DNA from: a virus
Lineage: Duplodnaviria > Caudoviricetes
IMG/VR virus record: IMGVR_UViG_3300045284_000308
Coordinates: 1 to 32,118 of that record
Strand: one strand, 5' to 3'
DNA: 32,118 bases
Shown: positions 18,793 to 27,680 of the stretch, one piece after another
Layout: every line of letters starts with the position of its first letter
Numbering within the stretch: position 1 is the first letter of the stretch
Program-made: the position numbers and the translations under genes
The notes under the pieces: model-generated
What the model saw: the letters and a program-made list of their open reading frames with translations, nothing else
Databases searched by the model: none
Told to the model about the DNA's origin: nothing

Positions 18793-19202
18793 GCGGCTTT
18801 GAAGTTGTCGTCCGGCCGGTTGTCTTTCCCAATATCCGGCCGCAGGCGCCGCGCGTTCTCGCGCCTGCGAGCGATCCCACCCAAGGCATCGCGACGATTG
18901 GCGGTAGCGGCGGGCGCGTGATCGATCTGCCGCACTCGTGGCAAGTGTCATCGTCGCATACGGTCGCACAGACTGAAACCGAGCGCACTTACGATGTGGA
19001 CCGGATTTATAAAAAGGACGATGGCGGCGTTATCGACGAGGACTCAGGGAGCTATGTCGATGTCGAGCGCATCAAAAAGGCCATCATGAAAGACCCAGAC
19101 GGGTCTGCTACAACGTATCATTATGCGGACCCGCCAACGGCGGACAACGTCAAGACCTTGCAGACAAACCTCGTGCGCAAATCGGACGGGCAGTCACCAT
19201 AA
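18789..19202 (+). CDS. Tail-associated hypothetical protein
   Basis: ATGA coupling with the upstream gene. N-terminus FEVVVRPVVFPNIRP. Confidence 0.7.
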   Translation: MSGFEVVVRPVVFPNIRPQAPRVLAPASDPTQGIATIGGSGGRVIDLPHSWQVSSSHTVAQTETERTYDVDRIYKKDDGGVIDEDSGSYVDVERIKKAIMKDPDGSATTYHYADPPTADNVKTLQTNLVRKSDGQSP

Positions 19203-19203
19203 A

Positions 19204-19998
19204 ATGACAATTGTATATGTCACCGATGGCGCCTGGGGTGGCGGCACCGGCACGCCCAATAGTGCCGCGCAAGTCGACGGCAGTTTCTGGGATCTCGACC
19301 AGCGCGTCGTCGCGCTGAACGCCGATCTTGCCGCCGGCAAGATGATCGAGAGCGTCACCTATACCGAAAGCTCGTTCACGTTCCACTTCACCGATGGAAC
19401 GTCGCAGGTCATTCTGCTGCCGGTGGCGACGTTGACGTTCGTCGGCGAATGGTCGAACTCGACACCCTATACTCGCGCCAACATTGTGAGCGTCAAAGGC
19501 CAGGGCATTTTCCAGGTCCTGCAAGATCACACCACGCCAGCACTGCCGGCCGTGTTCGACCCGGGCGCGGTGGACGGCAGCGGCAATCCGCTATATGCGC
19601 TTTGGGTTCCGATCGGCGATACCAATTACGACGCGGCGATTTTTGTACCTGGCACGGTCCAGCGCTCGGCCGGTGAGTTGTTGTTTGTCGGCATTGCCAA
19701 CCGGACCATGCATCTCGCCAACGGCAACGCGAACGCCTACGCCTATCTCGATGTCGGCGTCGCCACCGGCACCAACATCGTTATCTCGATACAGAAGAAC
19801 CGCACCGAGATCGGCACCGTCACATTTACGGTGGGCAGTGGGATCGACACCGCGGGCGGGCAAGTTGGGGCGGTCTATGTGGCAACGGCGACCGACTTTG
19901 CCGAAGGCGACCGCTATGCTCTGCGGGTGACGGCCTCGAACAACGCCGCGCCGTCCGGTCTGTCGGTGACGCTGCCGTTCCTGCGGACGGATATTTAA
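19204..19998 (+). CDS. Tail fibre-associated virion protein
   Basis: G.W..G.GT...AAQVD..FW.L N-terminus, a CBM-like segment GEWSNSTPY..ANIV and a beta-sandwich-like C-terminus. Confidence 0.7.
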   Translation: MTIVYVTDGAWGGGTGTPNSAAQVDGSFWDLDQRVVALNADLAAGKMIESVTYTESSFTFHFTDGTSQVILLPVATLTFVGEWSNSTPYTRANIVSVKGQGIFQVLQDHTTPALPAVFDPGAVDGSGNPLYALWVPIGDTNYDAAIFVPGTVQRSAGELLFVGIANRTMHLANGNANAYAYLDVGVATGTNIVISIQKNRTEIGTVTFTVGSGIDTAGGQVGAVYVATATDFAEGDRYALRVTASNNAAPSGLSVTLPFLRTDI

Positions 19999-20177
19999 TG
20001 GCGTCCGCCGGAAGCGGCTTCGCTCAGGACATTTTAACCCGCATCATCAATGTGCATTGGGCGACGGGCGGGCTTGCCGTTGAATTCGGCGATAAAGATC
20101 AGGACGCGCCTGGGATGGGATCGGTGGCATCAAGGTCAGTTGGGGTGGAGGCTCCCCGCAATCGGGAGAAGGCATGA
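19998..20177 (+). CDS. Small hypothetical protein (59 aa; absent from the ORF track)
   Basis: MASAGSGFAQDILTRIINVHWATGG...EKA*. It is coupled on both sides (TAATG and ATGA overlaps) and exactly fills the gap. Confidence 0.7.
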   Translation: MASAGSGFAQDILTRIINVHWATGGLAVEFGDKDQDAPGMGSVASRSVGVEAPRNREKA

Positions 20178-21751
20178 GCTATCTGCAAATCATCAGCGGC
20201 ATCCCGAATTTTTCCAAGGCTGTGATCTCGTTCTGGTTTCGATGCCCGAAAGAGACCATGGCAAAAGCCTATGACAATAGCACGTCCATAGACTTGTTGG
20301 CATTCGGTGGTCGGCAAACAAATCAACGTCTAGTTGGCACGACTTTGGAAAAAACGATGAACGTTCAGTATTGGAAGAACTCGGGTCCGAGTACACCGTA
20401 TTTTTCGGTGTCTCCGGTTATGCAACAGTTTCTTGGTAACGATTCAATTCTTACTGAAGCTGCTGAGCCAATTAAAGTTCCGCCGTGTTTGTTCTACCTG
20501 GATACGAATGGTGACGTCCTCATTTTTCATATCGATCTGCAACTGAGTAAGTCGGGGACTGGCGCAGGAATCGCGTTCACATCGACGATCGACGCTACGA
20601 CTACCCTGAACGCAGTGACTCCTCCCAACGGTATCCCGACCATCACCGACGATTACGGCACCACTTTGGGGTACCAACCGCCGCCGTTTCATGTCGATCA
20701 CCAAAGCACCGACGTTACCGAACAAATATTAGATGCGAGCAACGATAGTTTCCTCATCGGAGGATCGATGGTTGGCCTCGAAGGAAGTCGTTCATGCTTG
20801 GTAACGCCAGACGAATGGCATCATGTGTTGTTCTCCATCGACATGGGCGGAAAGATGCAGGCGAACGGTACTTTGTTTTCTACGATAGTTACTCAAGGAG
20901 CCGATCCCCCTTATGAGCGGGTCGTGGATACACCTCCAGCAATCTCATCTATTTGTAAAGTGTGGCTTGCCATCGACGACGAAAACGTCTTCGGACAAAG
21001 TCTTACTGGGGCATTTCCTGAAATGGGGCTCGACAAAAATGATCTAGTATCGCGGCAGACGCTTAATGCTTGGCACGCCGGTAATACAAATAATTACACC
21101 ACGCACAGCTTTGCACAATCCATCACGGAGGGTCATTCCGGTTTTGGGTTCTGGGAAGAAGCTTACAAAGGAAATGACATATTACCGAGTTACAGCTTAA
21201 GCGGCGCTCGGCTTGAGACAGACGGGAAACCTATCGGTATTCCATCGACCAAGGAGTGGGGGATCGATGAACTGCCGGGTTCGATCCTTCGTAGCGAGAT
21301 GGCCGAGTTCCAGATGTGGACTGACGTCACGCTCGACACCGCTGTCGAGATCAACCGCCGTGCCTTCATCGATTACGAGCGCGACGGCAATGGCCACCCG
21401 GTCAGGGACAACGATGGAAATTTCACATTGATGCCGGTCAAGCCGGAAGGACAACCTGCGACAGATGACCGGCCAGTGCAGCCGGCGCCGGCAGAGAAGT
21501 TGTTGGGAAAGAAACCGGAAATCCTGCTGCACGGCAGCAACAATTGGATCGATGGCAAGAATACGGGGACCACAGGTTTCGACTACAGCACCGATCCTCC
21601 GACAGTAAAGCCAATCGGGCAATTCAATCGGACTGGTGGGATCAAAAAATATACCCCTGACCCAAGCCTAAAACAAAATCCGCCTCCACCTGGCAGCAGT
21701 CGCAAGGCTCGGCCGGCGCTGACCAAGAAGCCTGCGGATGCTCGTCTGTAA
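20174..21751 (+). CDS. Putative receptor-binding protein, LamG/concanavalin-like
   Basis: AVISFWFR, DEWHHVLFSID and MAEFQMW are the three LamG-like strand motifs. The interior has lower GC. Confidence 0.6.
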   Translation: MSYLQIISGIPNFSKAVISFWFRCPKETMAKAYDNSTSIDLLAFGGRQTNQRLVGTTLEKTMNVQYWKNSGPSTPYFSVSPVMQQFLGNDSILTEAAEPIKVPPCLFYLDTNGDVLIFHIDLQLSKSGTGAGIAFTSTIDATTTLNAVTPPNGIPTITDDYGTTLGYQPPPFHVDHQSTDVTEQILDASNDSFLIGGSMVGLEGSRSCLVTPDEWHHVLFSIDMGGKMQANGTLFSTIVTQGADPPYERVVDTPPAISSICKVWLAIDDENVFGQSLTGAFPEMGLDKNDLVSRQTLNAWHAGNTNNYTTHSFAQSITEGHSGFGFWEEAYKGNDILPSYSLSGARLETDGKPIGIPSTKEWGIDELPGSILRSEMAEFQMWTDVTLDTAVEINRRAFIDYERDGNGHPVRDNDGNFTLMPVKPEGQPATDDRPVQPAPAEKLLGKKPEILLHGSNNWIDGKNTGTTGFDYSTDPPTVKPIGQFNRTGGIKKYTPDPSLKQNPPPPGSSRKARPALTKKPADARL

Positions 21752-22238
21752 CGTTAGCCTGCTGCAACGGCGGGCGGCAATCGCGGTCGATCTCGCCGAG
21801 GCTGCTGCGGCGCTGGACACGCCAGGCACCGGCAACGTCGTCTTCGCCACGCTCGTCGACGACCCGGCGTCGGTGGGCGACCACGTCGATGCATTCCTCG
21901 GGCAGATCATGCTGGAGGCGGCGAGCGCCAGTTCGACCGTCACCGCTGGACTCGCTTACGCGGCCGCGATCGTAGAGGCGGCAACCGCGATCGATGCGGC
22001 TTCCGCTTCTCGCCAGACGAGTGACGCGGTGGCAGAAACGGTTGCCGCCGATTCCGCGCAAGACGCCACGGTGGTGTCCGCACCCATTGTGAGCGGAACG
22101 GTGACCGAGGCGGCGAGCGCGGCTGACTTGGTGAATGCTTCTGTGACTGCTGGCCTGATCTTTGGCGGCATGCTCGCGCTCGACGGGCCGATCATGCCAG
22201 GCGCGACGGCGCCGGCTGTAATTTATATCGAGGGGTAA
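21738..22238 (+). CDS. Ala-rich virion hypothetical protein
   Basis: Recurrent E.A.A.D motifs; overlaps the upstream stop. Confidence 0.65.
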   Translation: MLVCNVSLLQRRAAIAVDLAEAAAALDTPGTGNVVFATLVDDPASVGDHVDAFLGQIMLEAASASSTVTAGLAYAAAIVEAATAIDAASASRQTSDAVAETVAADSAQDATVVSAPIVSGTVTEAASAADLVNASVTAGLIFGGMLALDGPIMPGATAPAVIYIEG

Positions 22239-22242
22239 GACC

Positions 22243-24039
22243 TTGGCCTTCGCTGACACCACTTGGTACGTAAATGCTGGAAATCAGTCTTCGACTGGTT
22301 ACTACGCAGTGCCGCAATTTGCCGCCTCGACTGCTTACTCGGCCGGTCAATTAGTTCGCCAACTCACCGCTCCGACGGTTGGCAACGAGCGTGTGTTCGT
22401 CGTCATTATTGCTGGCACGAGCAGCACCGAGCCGTCGTGGACAGTAACGCGCGGCGCGAAGAACACATCCGGCGGCGTGACCTTTCAGGAATGCACTGGC
22501 GCGGCGTCTTTAAATGGAGATGCCACCAACACGCCGAACTGGACTGCGCAGAAGGCGGCAGGCAATCCGACGCTCGGCGCCATAATCAAAAGGAACAACG
22601 GCGCCAGCTATCAGATTTGCTCGACGGCCGGCACGCTGGGCGCGTCCGAGCCGGCATTCAGTGACACTGCTGGCACGACGACGACTGAAGGCACGACCAC
22701 ATGGACTTCGCTCGGCCCGGTTTCCGGTTTCACCGGCGGGCAGGCTCCATTCGCCAGGCTTGCAAGCGTGTTCGGATCGAACTGGTTCGCGGCGGGCAAC
22801 ACGGTCTACGTCGGCGACAACCACGCCGAGTCACAGACGACGACGATCAACATTTCACCCACACTATCCAATACGACTATGGGCCGGATACTCTGTCACA
22901 ATCATTCCGGTAGCTACCCGCCTGCCAGTTCGGATTTGACTGCGGGGGCGACGGTTTCAACGACGGCTGCGGCCAGTATTAATTTCAGTCCTTCGGGGGG
23001 CGGAATCTATGTTCGCGGCATCGGGCTCATAGCCGGTGCCGGACAATCAACCAGCGCGTCTGTGCTTTTGGGGCCAACCGGTGCTTTTTACTACTTTGAC
23101 AATTGTCTTTTTAAAGTCGCCACTACTTACCAATTTGCAGGTATGCAAATCAACACCAACACCGCAGGCGTCGTCATATGGAATAATTGCACTGCCTATT
23201 TCGGGCATGCAGGACAATACATCAATCTAGGTGTTGCCCTCTTCACCTGGCAAAATACCGGAGCAATTCTCGCCAGCGGGTCGTCGGTGCCTACTGGGCT
23301 ATTTGGACAAGGTAGCAACAATCAGTTGGGCAACATCACGTTGGAGGCCATTGATCTTAGCCAATTTACGGGTGCTATCGATAAACAAGCATCTAGTTAT
23401 CAGATGGGTAATTGGCTGCTCAAGGATTGCAAGCTCAATGCGTCGATGACGATCCCGACACCGTTGGCTTTCGGGCAAACCATTCAACTCGTTCGTTGCG
23501 ACAGCGGCGCCACTGCTTACAAATCCGCACGCTACCTCTACGAAGGTACCGAGACCACCGAGACTTCGATCACCCGTGTCGGCGGCGCAGCCGATCCCAC
23601 CGGGCAGGCGCAGTCGCGCAAGATCGTCACCACAGCGAACTCACAATGGCTGCGGCCGTTCAAGGCCGAGCCTTACGCGATTTGGAACGCGGTTACAGGC
23701 GCCAATGTCACGGTCACGGTCTACGGCACCATCAACGCGGGTGCGTTGCCTTTCAATGACGACATCTGGTTGGAGGTGGAATACCTCAGTGCGTCCGGGT
23801 CGCCGCTGGGTACGATAGTCACGACGACCAAGGCCAGCGTGCTCGCTGCCAACGCTGCGGTGGCATCCGATAGCTCAACCTGGAACGGCGGCGGCAGCGG
23901 CGCCGGCTGGACGCCCTTCAAGCTCGTCGCCACGTTGTCTTCACCGCAGCCCGGTCTCGCCGGCTACCTGCACGCGCGGGTGCGAGCGGCGAAGCCGAGC
24001 ACGACGTACTACCTCGATCCCCAGATCGTCCTGACCTGA
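22243..24039 (+). CDS. Tail fibre / spike-like protein
   Basis: Two AGT...EP.(W/F)...T.G.(V/T)T(F/W) repeats, a Thr/Gly/Ser/Asn-rich beta-helix-like middle of lower GC, and C-terminal YYLDP. TTG start with RBS GAGGGG. Confidence 0.7.
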   Translation: MAFADTTWYVNAGNQSSTGYYAVPQFAASTAYSAGQLVRQLTAPTVGNERVFVVIIAGTSSTEPSWTVTRGAKNTSGGVTFQECTGAASLNGDATNTPNWTAQKAAGNPTLGAIIKRNNGASYQICSTAGTLGASEPAFSDTAGTTTTEGTTTWTSLGPVSGFTGGQAPFARLASVFGSNWFAAGNTVYVGDNHAESQTTTINISPTLSNTTMGRILCHNHSGSYPPASSDLTAGATVSTTAAASINFSPSGGGIYVRGIGLIAGAGQSTSASVLLGPTGAFYYFDNCLFKVATTYQFAGMQINTNTAGVVIWNNCTAYFGHAGQYINLGVALFTWQNTGAILASGSSVPTGLFGQGSNNQLGNITLEAIDLSQFTGAIDKQASSYQMGNWLLKDCKLNASMTIPTPLAFGQTIQLVRCDSGATAYKSARYLYEGTETTETSITRVGGAADPTGQAQSRKIVTTANSQWLRPFKAEPYAIWNAVTGANVTVTVYGTINAGALPFNDDIWLEVEYLSASGSPLGTIVTTTKASVLAANAAVASDSSTWNGGGSGAGWTPFKLVATLSSPQPGLAGYLHARVRAAKPSTTYYLDPQIVLT

Positions 24040-24046
24040 CCATCAA

Positions 24047-24646
24047 ATGGAGAAACCCATGACTGAGGAACGCGCCAACGCGCGCGAGCATAACGACGCG
24101 TCTGTTGTCCGCGGCAGTGGCCTCGGCGAGCAGGCCGAGGCGCATGGCCGTTATGAGGTCGAATGCATCAGTGCGGACGGCAAACTCAAATGGCGTGACA
24201 CGATCGAAAACGTCGTGCAGACGGTCGGTAAGAATTTGGCGCTCGATACTTTCCTGGCCGGATCGGCATACACCGTGGTCGGGCCCTACATGGGCCTGAT
24301 CTCGTCGGTGTCCTACACGACGGGTCCGGCGGCCGGCGACACGATGGCGTCGCATTCGGGATGGCTTGAGGCCGGCGGCACCAACGCGCCGACTTATTCC
24401 GGCAACCGCAAAACCGCAGTTTGGTCGGCGGCAGCATCGGGATCGAAGGCGTTATCGGCGGCGCTGTCGTTTGCGATTACGAGCACGGGCACCGTCAAGG
24501 GCGCGTTCCTTTGCTTCGGCTCAGGCGCGGTCGCCACCAAGGACGACACCAACGGTGTGTTGTGGTCGGCGGGCACGTTCTCGACCGGCGATAAGTCGGT
24601 CGTGAATGGGGACACTCTCAATGTAAATTACTCGACGAGCCTTTGA
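24047..24646 (+). CDS. Conserved-looking virion protein (tail fibre-associated)
   Basis: GRY.VEC...G.LKW.D...N.V...GKN..LD and VVNGDTLNVNY motifs. The start could be 24047 or 24059 (GGAG RBS). Confidence 0.7.
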   Translation: MEKPMTEERANAREHNDASVVRGSGLGEQAEAHGRYEVECISADGKLKWRDTIENVVQTVGKNLALDTFLAGSAYTVVGPYMGLISSVSYTTGPAAGDTMASHSGWLEAGGTNAPTYSGNRKTAVWSAAASGSKALSAALSFAITSTGTVKGAFLCFGSGAVATKDDTNGVLWSAGTFSTGDKSVVNGDTLNVNYSTSL

Positions 24647-24659
24647 TAAGGAGGCGATC

Positions 24660-24887
24660 ATGTCCCTTGGTGGCATCTTGTTGGGAATCATCGACATCGC
24701 GATCGTCGTCGCGATCCTTTTGTTGGTGGGCGCGGTCATCATATGGTTCATGTCGTGGATGGGGCAAAGCGTGCCTCCGAACGTGCAGAAAGGGTATATG
24801 ATCGTGGTCGCCCTCGTCGGGCTCTACATGCTGGTCGCCCTATTGCTCGGCATCCCGTCGGTCCACCTCATCGGGGCTGTAAGGTAG
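24660..24887 (+). CDS. Small two-TM membrane protein (holin candidate)
   Basis: RBS AAGGAGG, two hydrophobic helices, upstream of the endolysin. Confidence 0.65.
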   Translation: MSLGGILLGIIDIAIVVAILLLVGAVIIWFMSWMGQSVPPNVQKGYMIVVALVGLYMLVALLLGIPSVHLIGAVR

Positions 24888-24891
24888 CCAA

Positions 24892-25119
24892 ATGGTCGCG
24901 GAGGAAGTCGCCAAGGTCGCGACGTCAACTTTGGAGGCGATGAAGTCGACGCCGCTCGCGATCGCGCTGCTGGTCGTCAACGTCGGCTTTCTCAGCTTCG
25001 CCGCCTATGTGCTGGGCGAGGTCGCCGCCAACGCCAGCGAGCGCAACAAGTCGCAGCTTGAGCTGATCAGCAATCTTGTCAGAGACATTCGCGACTGTCG
25101 GCAAGGACCGCCGACATGA
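24892..25119 (+). CDS. Small single-TM protein (lysis cassette)
   Basis: TM segment PLAIALLVVNVGFLSFAAYVL followed by a short amphipathic helix ending in ...RDCRQGPPT. Confidence 0.65.
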   Translation: MVAEEVAKVATSTLEAMKSTPLAIALLVVNVGFLSFAAYVLGEVAANASERNKSQLELISNLVRDIRDCRQGPPT

Positions 25120-25205
25120 GTTCGCTCGACTGGCGCGCTGTCCTGTTCGGCATGCTCGCGATTGGCGCGGTCGTGATCATTCTGGTGATCTTGTTTGGAG
25201 TTTGA
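25116..25205 (+). CDS. 29-aa single-TM peptide (absent from the ORF track)
   Basis: MSSLDWRAVLFGMLAIGAVVIILVILFGV*. ATGA overlap, RBS AAGGA, and it ends 3 nt before the endolysin start. Confidence 0.6.
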   Translation: MSSLDWRAVLFGMLAIGAVVIILVILFGV

Positions 25206-25208
25206 ACC

Positions 25209-26201
25209 ATGACTGCATATAGCCGCATCGTTATCTCGTCCGGTCACGGCAAGCATGTGCGCGGTGCTTCCGGCATCATCGACGAGGTCGACGAGGCGAG
25301 GCGCGTGGTCGAACAGTTGGCCGACGAGCTGCAAGCCAGGGGCATCGACGTGAAGGCGTTTCACGACGACACCAGCCATTCGCAAAACGAAAACCTCCAC
25401 ACCATCGTTGATTATCACAACAAACAGACCCGCGACCTAGACATCAGCGTGCATTTCAATGCCTATGAGCAGGTGTCAAAACCGATGGGGACCGAGGTAC
25501 TTTATGTGACGCAGAGCGCGCTTGCCGGGCAAGTGTCGGCGGCGATCGCGTCGTCCGGCTTCGTCAACCGCGGTGCGAAAAAACGTACTGACCTGTTTTT
25601 CCTCAACAACACGGAGATGCCGGCGATCCTGCTCGAGGTCTGTTTCGTCGATAGCGAGGCCGACTGCGATATCTATGCGGATCAATTCGATGCAATCTGC
25701 AGTGCGATTGCCGACGTGCTCGGCGGTGAGGATGATGCGGGTATTGATCGCCCGCCGCGGCCACCGTCGCCTGGTGAGGACGAGGCACTGCTGCACGTTA
25801 CCGGCAAGGTCTCGCATTTCGGCGGACCCGACGACACTGGGGTTTCATCCAGCGAAGGGCTCGCTTTTATCCACGATATCGACGAGCACAGCCAACATCT
25901 GTTCCTGCCGATGCAGCCTGCGGGAACGACCGGGCTCGCGCGCCGGCTCAATGAACATGTGCATTATATCGCCTGCCGGTGGGACTATGATGTAACGCCG
26001 AAAGAAATGTTGCGCACATCCGGGCAGGTCGCGTTGGTGCGCTCGCCAGACACTGAGATTGCACTGACGGCGTTTCCGGCTGACTGGGGCCCGAACGAGA
26101 CCACCGGCCGCGTGGCCGACCTCTCGCCGAGCCTTATGGCCGATCTCGGTATTACGACTGACGATGAGGTCGAGGTTATCTATCCGTATCCCAAAGCCTG
26201 A
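25209..26201 (+). CDS. Endolysin: N-acetylmuramoyl-L-alanine amidase (Amidase_3) with a C-terminal DPBB/RlpA-like domain
   Basis: ISSGHG, E, ISVHFNA, GTEV, NRGAK, LFFL..T.MPAILLEVCFVDS. After a Pro linker come DWGP...GRVADLS..L..DLG motifs. Confidence 0.92.
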   Translation: MTAYSRIVISSGHGKHVRGASGIIDEVDEARRVVEQLADELQARGIDVKAFHDDTSHSQNENLHTIVDYHNKQTRDLDISVHFNAYEQVSKPMGTEVLYVTQSALAGQVSAAIASSGFVNRGAKKRTDLFFLNNTEMPAILLEVCFVDSEADCDIYADQFDAICSAIADVLGGEDDAGIDRPPRPPSPGEDEALLHVTGKVSHFGGPDDTGVSSSEGLAFIHDIDEHSQHLFLPMQPAGTTGLARRLNEHVHYIACRWDYDVTPKEMLRTSGQVALVRSPDTEIALTAFPADWGPNETTGRVADLSPSLMADLGITTDDEVEVIYPYPKA

Positions 26202-26224
26202 TCGAATTGTCTCGCCTCGTCAGT

Positions 26225-26262
26225 CCAGACGTGACGATCATCGCGCCGGCGCCCATCATGGC
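26225..26262. repeat. 38-bp direct repeat, copy 1 (35/38 identical to 27694-27731)
   Basis: ccagacgtgacgatcatcgcgccggcgcccatcatggc. Confidence 0.9.
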
Positions 26263-26546
26263 CGCTTGAACAGGACGGCGAACCCCCAAGTAAGCGAACC
26301 GCCGATCCACACCAGCAACAACGCTATTGCGTTCAAAACGCCCTGCGCCCGACCCGTAATCACAACCTCAAGTCCAAGAAAAAGGCATGGCAGACCGAAC
26401 AAGACCTGATGCATCCAAAAGATTACGAAGAGTGTGCGCCCTGGTGTGACTTTTTCTGAAAGGTAAAAAGGACAGAACGGTTCTTCACACAATGGGTTTT
26501 GATCGTCAATTTGCTCGCCGCATTTGCTGCACTTGGTCAGGGCCAT
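26256..26546 (-). CDS. Zinc-ribbon-containing membrane protein
   Basis: MALTKCSKCG...LCEEPFCP followed by two TM helices. Confidence 0.65.
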   Translation of the reverse strand: MALTKCSKCGEQIDDQNPLCEEPFCPFYLSEKVTPGRTLFVIFWMHQVLFGLPCLFLGLEVVITGRAQGVLNAIALLLVWIGGSLTWGFAVLFKRP

Positions 26547-26561
26547 AACTGTTTTGTTGCC

Positions 26562-26732
26562 TTATCCGAACACTTTAACGAAGGCGATGGCGGCACCGAA
26601 CAGAGCCGCGCCCGCAGTCATGAACGTTAGCGCCATCTGCCATGGCGCAAACTTGATTTCCTGTCGCTTGCGATCGTGATCGGCCAGAGCGTTGTCTATA
26701 TCAGCGAGGACTGATTTCAGTAGATCGGACAT
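26562..26732 (-). CDS. 56-aa protein with a C-terminal TM helix (absent from the ORF track)
   Basis: MSDLLKSVLADIDNALADHDRKRQEIKFAPWQMALTFMTAGAALFGAAIAFVKVFG*. TGATG coupling to the upstream HTH gene. Confidence 0.65.
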   Translation of the reverse strand: MSDLLKSVLADIDNALADHDRKRQEIKFAPWQMALTFMTAGAALFGAAIAFVKVFG

Positions 26733-26938
26733 CAAACCACCACTCGACGCCTTCCATTTGGCTTTGATCCGATCTGCTTGAGATGGAGTGCGAGCAATTG
26801 GGCGATCGGTTTGGGGATGGGACGTTCTCCGATCGCGTAGCCTGCCGAAGTACGATGGCAGACGCCGAGCAAGTCGCCAGCCTCACGTTGCGACAGGCCG
26901 AGCGTTTTCAGGGCGACCTTGTACTGGTGTGAGGTCAT
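26732..26938 (-). CDS. Small XRE/Cro-like HTH DNA-binding protein
   Basis: MT..QYK.ALK.LGLSQ.EAG.LLGV..RT...YA.GE.PIP..IA.LL. Confidence 0.8.
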   Translation of the reverse strand: MTSHQYKVALKTLGLSQREAGDLLGVCHRTSAGYAIGERPIPKPIAQLLALHLKQIGSKPNGRRRVVV

Positions 26939-27020
26939 TGGTTTTCCAAACTTTCGAGTCATCATTGTCCGGCATGTCCTCAGTTGCCATTTTGTGGTTC
27001 CTGTTTGTACCGAGGCGAGG

Positions 27021-27545
27021 TTATTGGGTTGCTTTTGCTCGTTCGACGACGACAATCTGAGCGAGCCCCGTGGCTGTTGCCGATATCCACCAGCATTTGT
27101 CGCTGGTCGCTGGCTTCAGGCAGTAATTAGCAGTGTGGAACATCGAGTGTTCGTTGCCGCTAATGTCTTTCTGCTGCACGGTGAATCGGACATTCTTATC
27201 CGGCGCCCACTCACAGGAGTAAGCTTGGGCCATCGCAGACTTTTGTCCGGCCTTCTCGGCCTTGATAGCCTTCCATGTGTCGTTATTGATGCGCATGGTT
27301 TGCCTTAGTTGTTGTTCACCGACGAGGTAGACAATTTCCATGTCGCTCCGCTTCGCACACATGATCGTGGAGGCGGGATATTGAACGGTCACTACGTTCC
27401 CCACCTCGGCAGCTTCGGCTGCAGTTTTGGCTGCAGTTTTGGCTGCAGTTTTCGTTGTGTTCCCGCTTCCAGATGAGAAGCCGCCAATGACGACAGCAAA
27501 CCCAAGTAGGACGAGCACGGGGACCAGCAATCTTTCAAAACTCAT
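27021..27545 (-). CDS. Exported / membrane-anchored hypothetical protein with a (KTAA)3 repeat
   Basis: N-terminal hydrophobic segment, four Cys residues, lower GC. Confidence 0.7.
   Translation of the reverse strand: MSFERLLVPVLVLLGFAVVIGGFSSGSGNTTKTAAKTAAKTAAEAAEVGNVVTVQYPASTIMCAKRSDMEIVYLVGEQQLRQTMRINNDTWKAIKAEKAGQKSAMAQAYSCEWAPDKNVRFTVQQKDISGNEHSMFHTANYCLKPATSDKCWWISATATGLAQIVVVERAKATQ
27417..27452. repeat. 12-bp tandem repeat GGCTGCAGTTTT x3
   Basis: Three perfect copies, in frame in the 27021-27545 gene. Confidence 0.9.
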
Positions 27546-27680
27546 TGTGTTTCTCGTTCATCTTGGGCGTGGGCGGAACTGCCCGGTGCCGTGACCGCAA
27601 CATATGCACACGTCGCATATATGTAAAAGTTGCATAGTTGTTCAAGCCGGCCAGAAAGTTGACCTTCGCTGCCAAAGTCT

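Noticed and set aside
1432-18969. Many long antisense or alternate-frame ORFs (for example 2748-3752, 15106-16278, 17812-18969)
   Set aside because: They are shadow ORFs expected opposite GC-rich coding genes and carry no recognisable motifs.
16798-24646. Diversity-generating retroelement or invertible tail-fibre cassette
   Set aside because: I saw no reverse transcriptase, invertase or template/variable repeat pair in the window.
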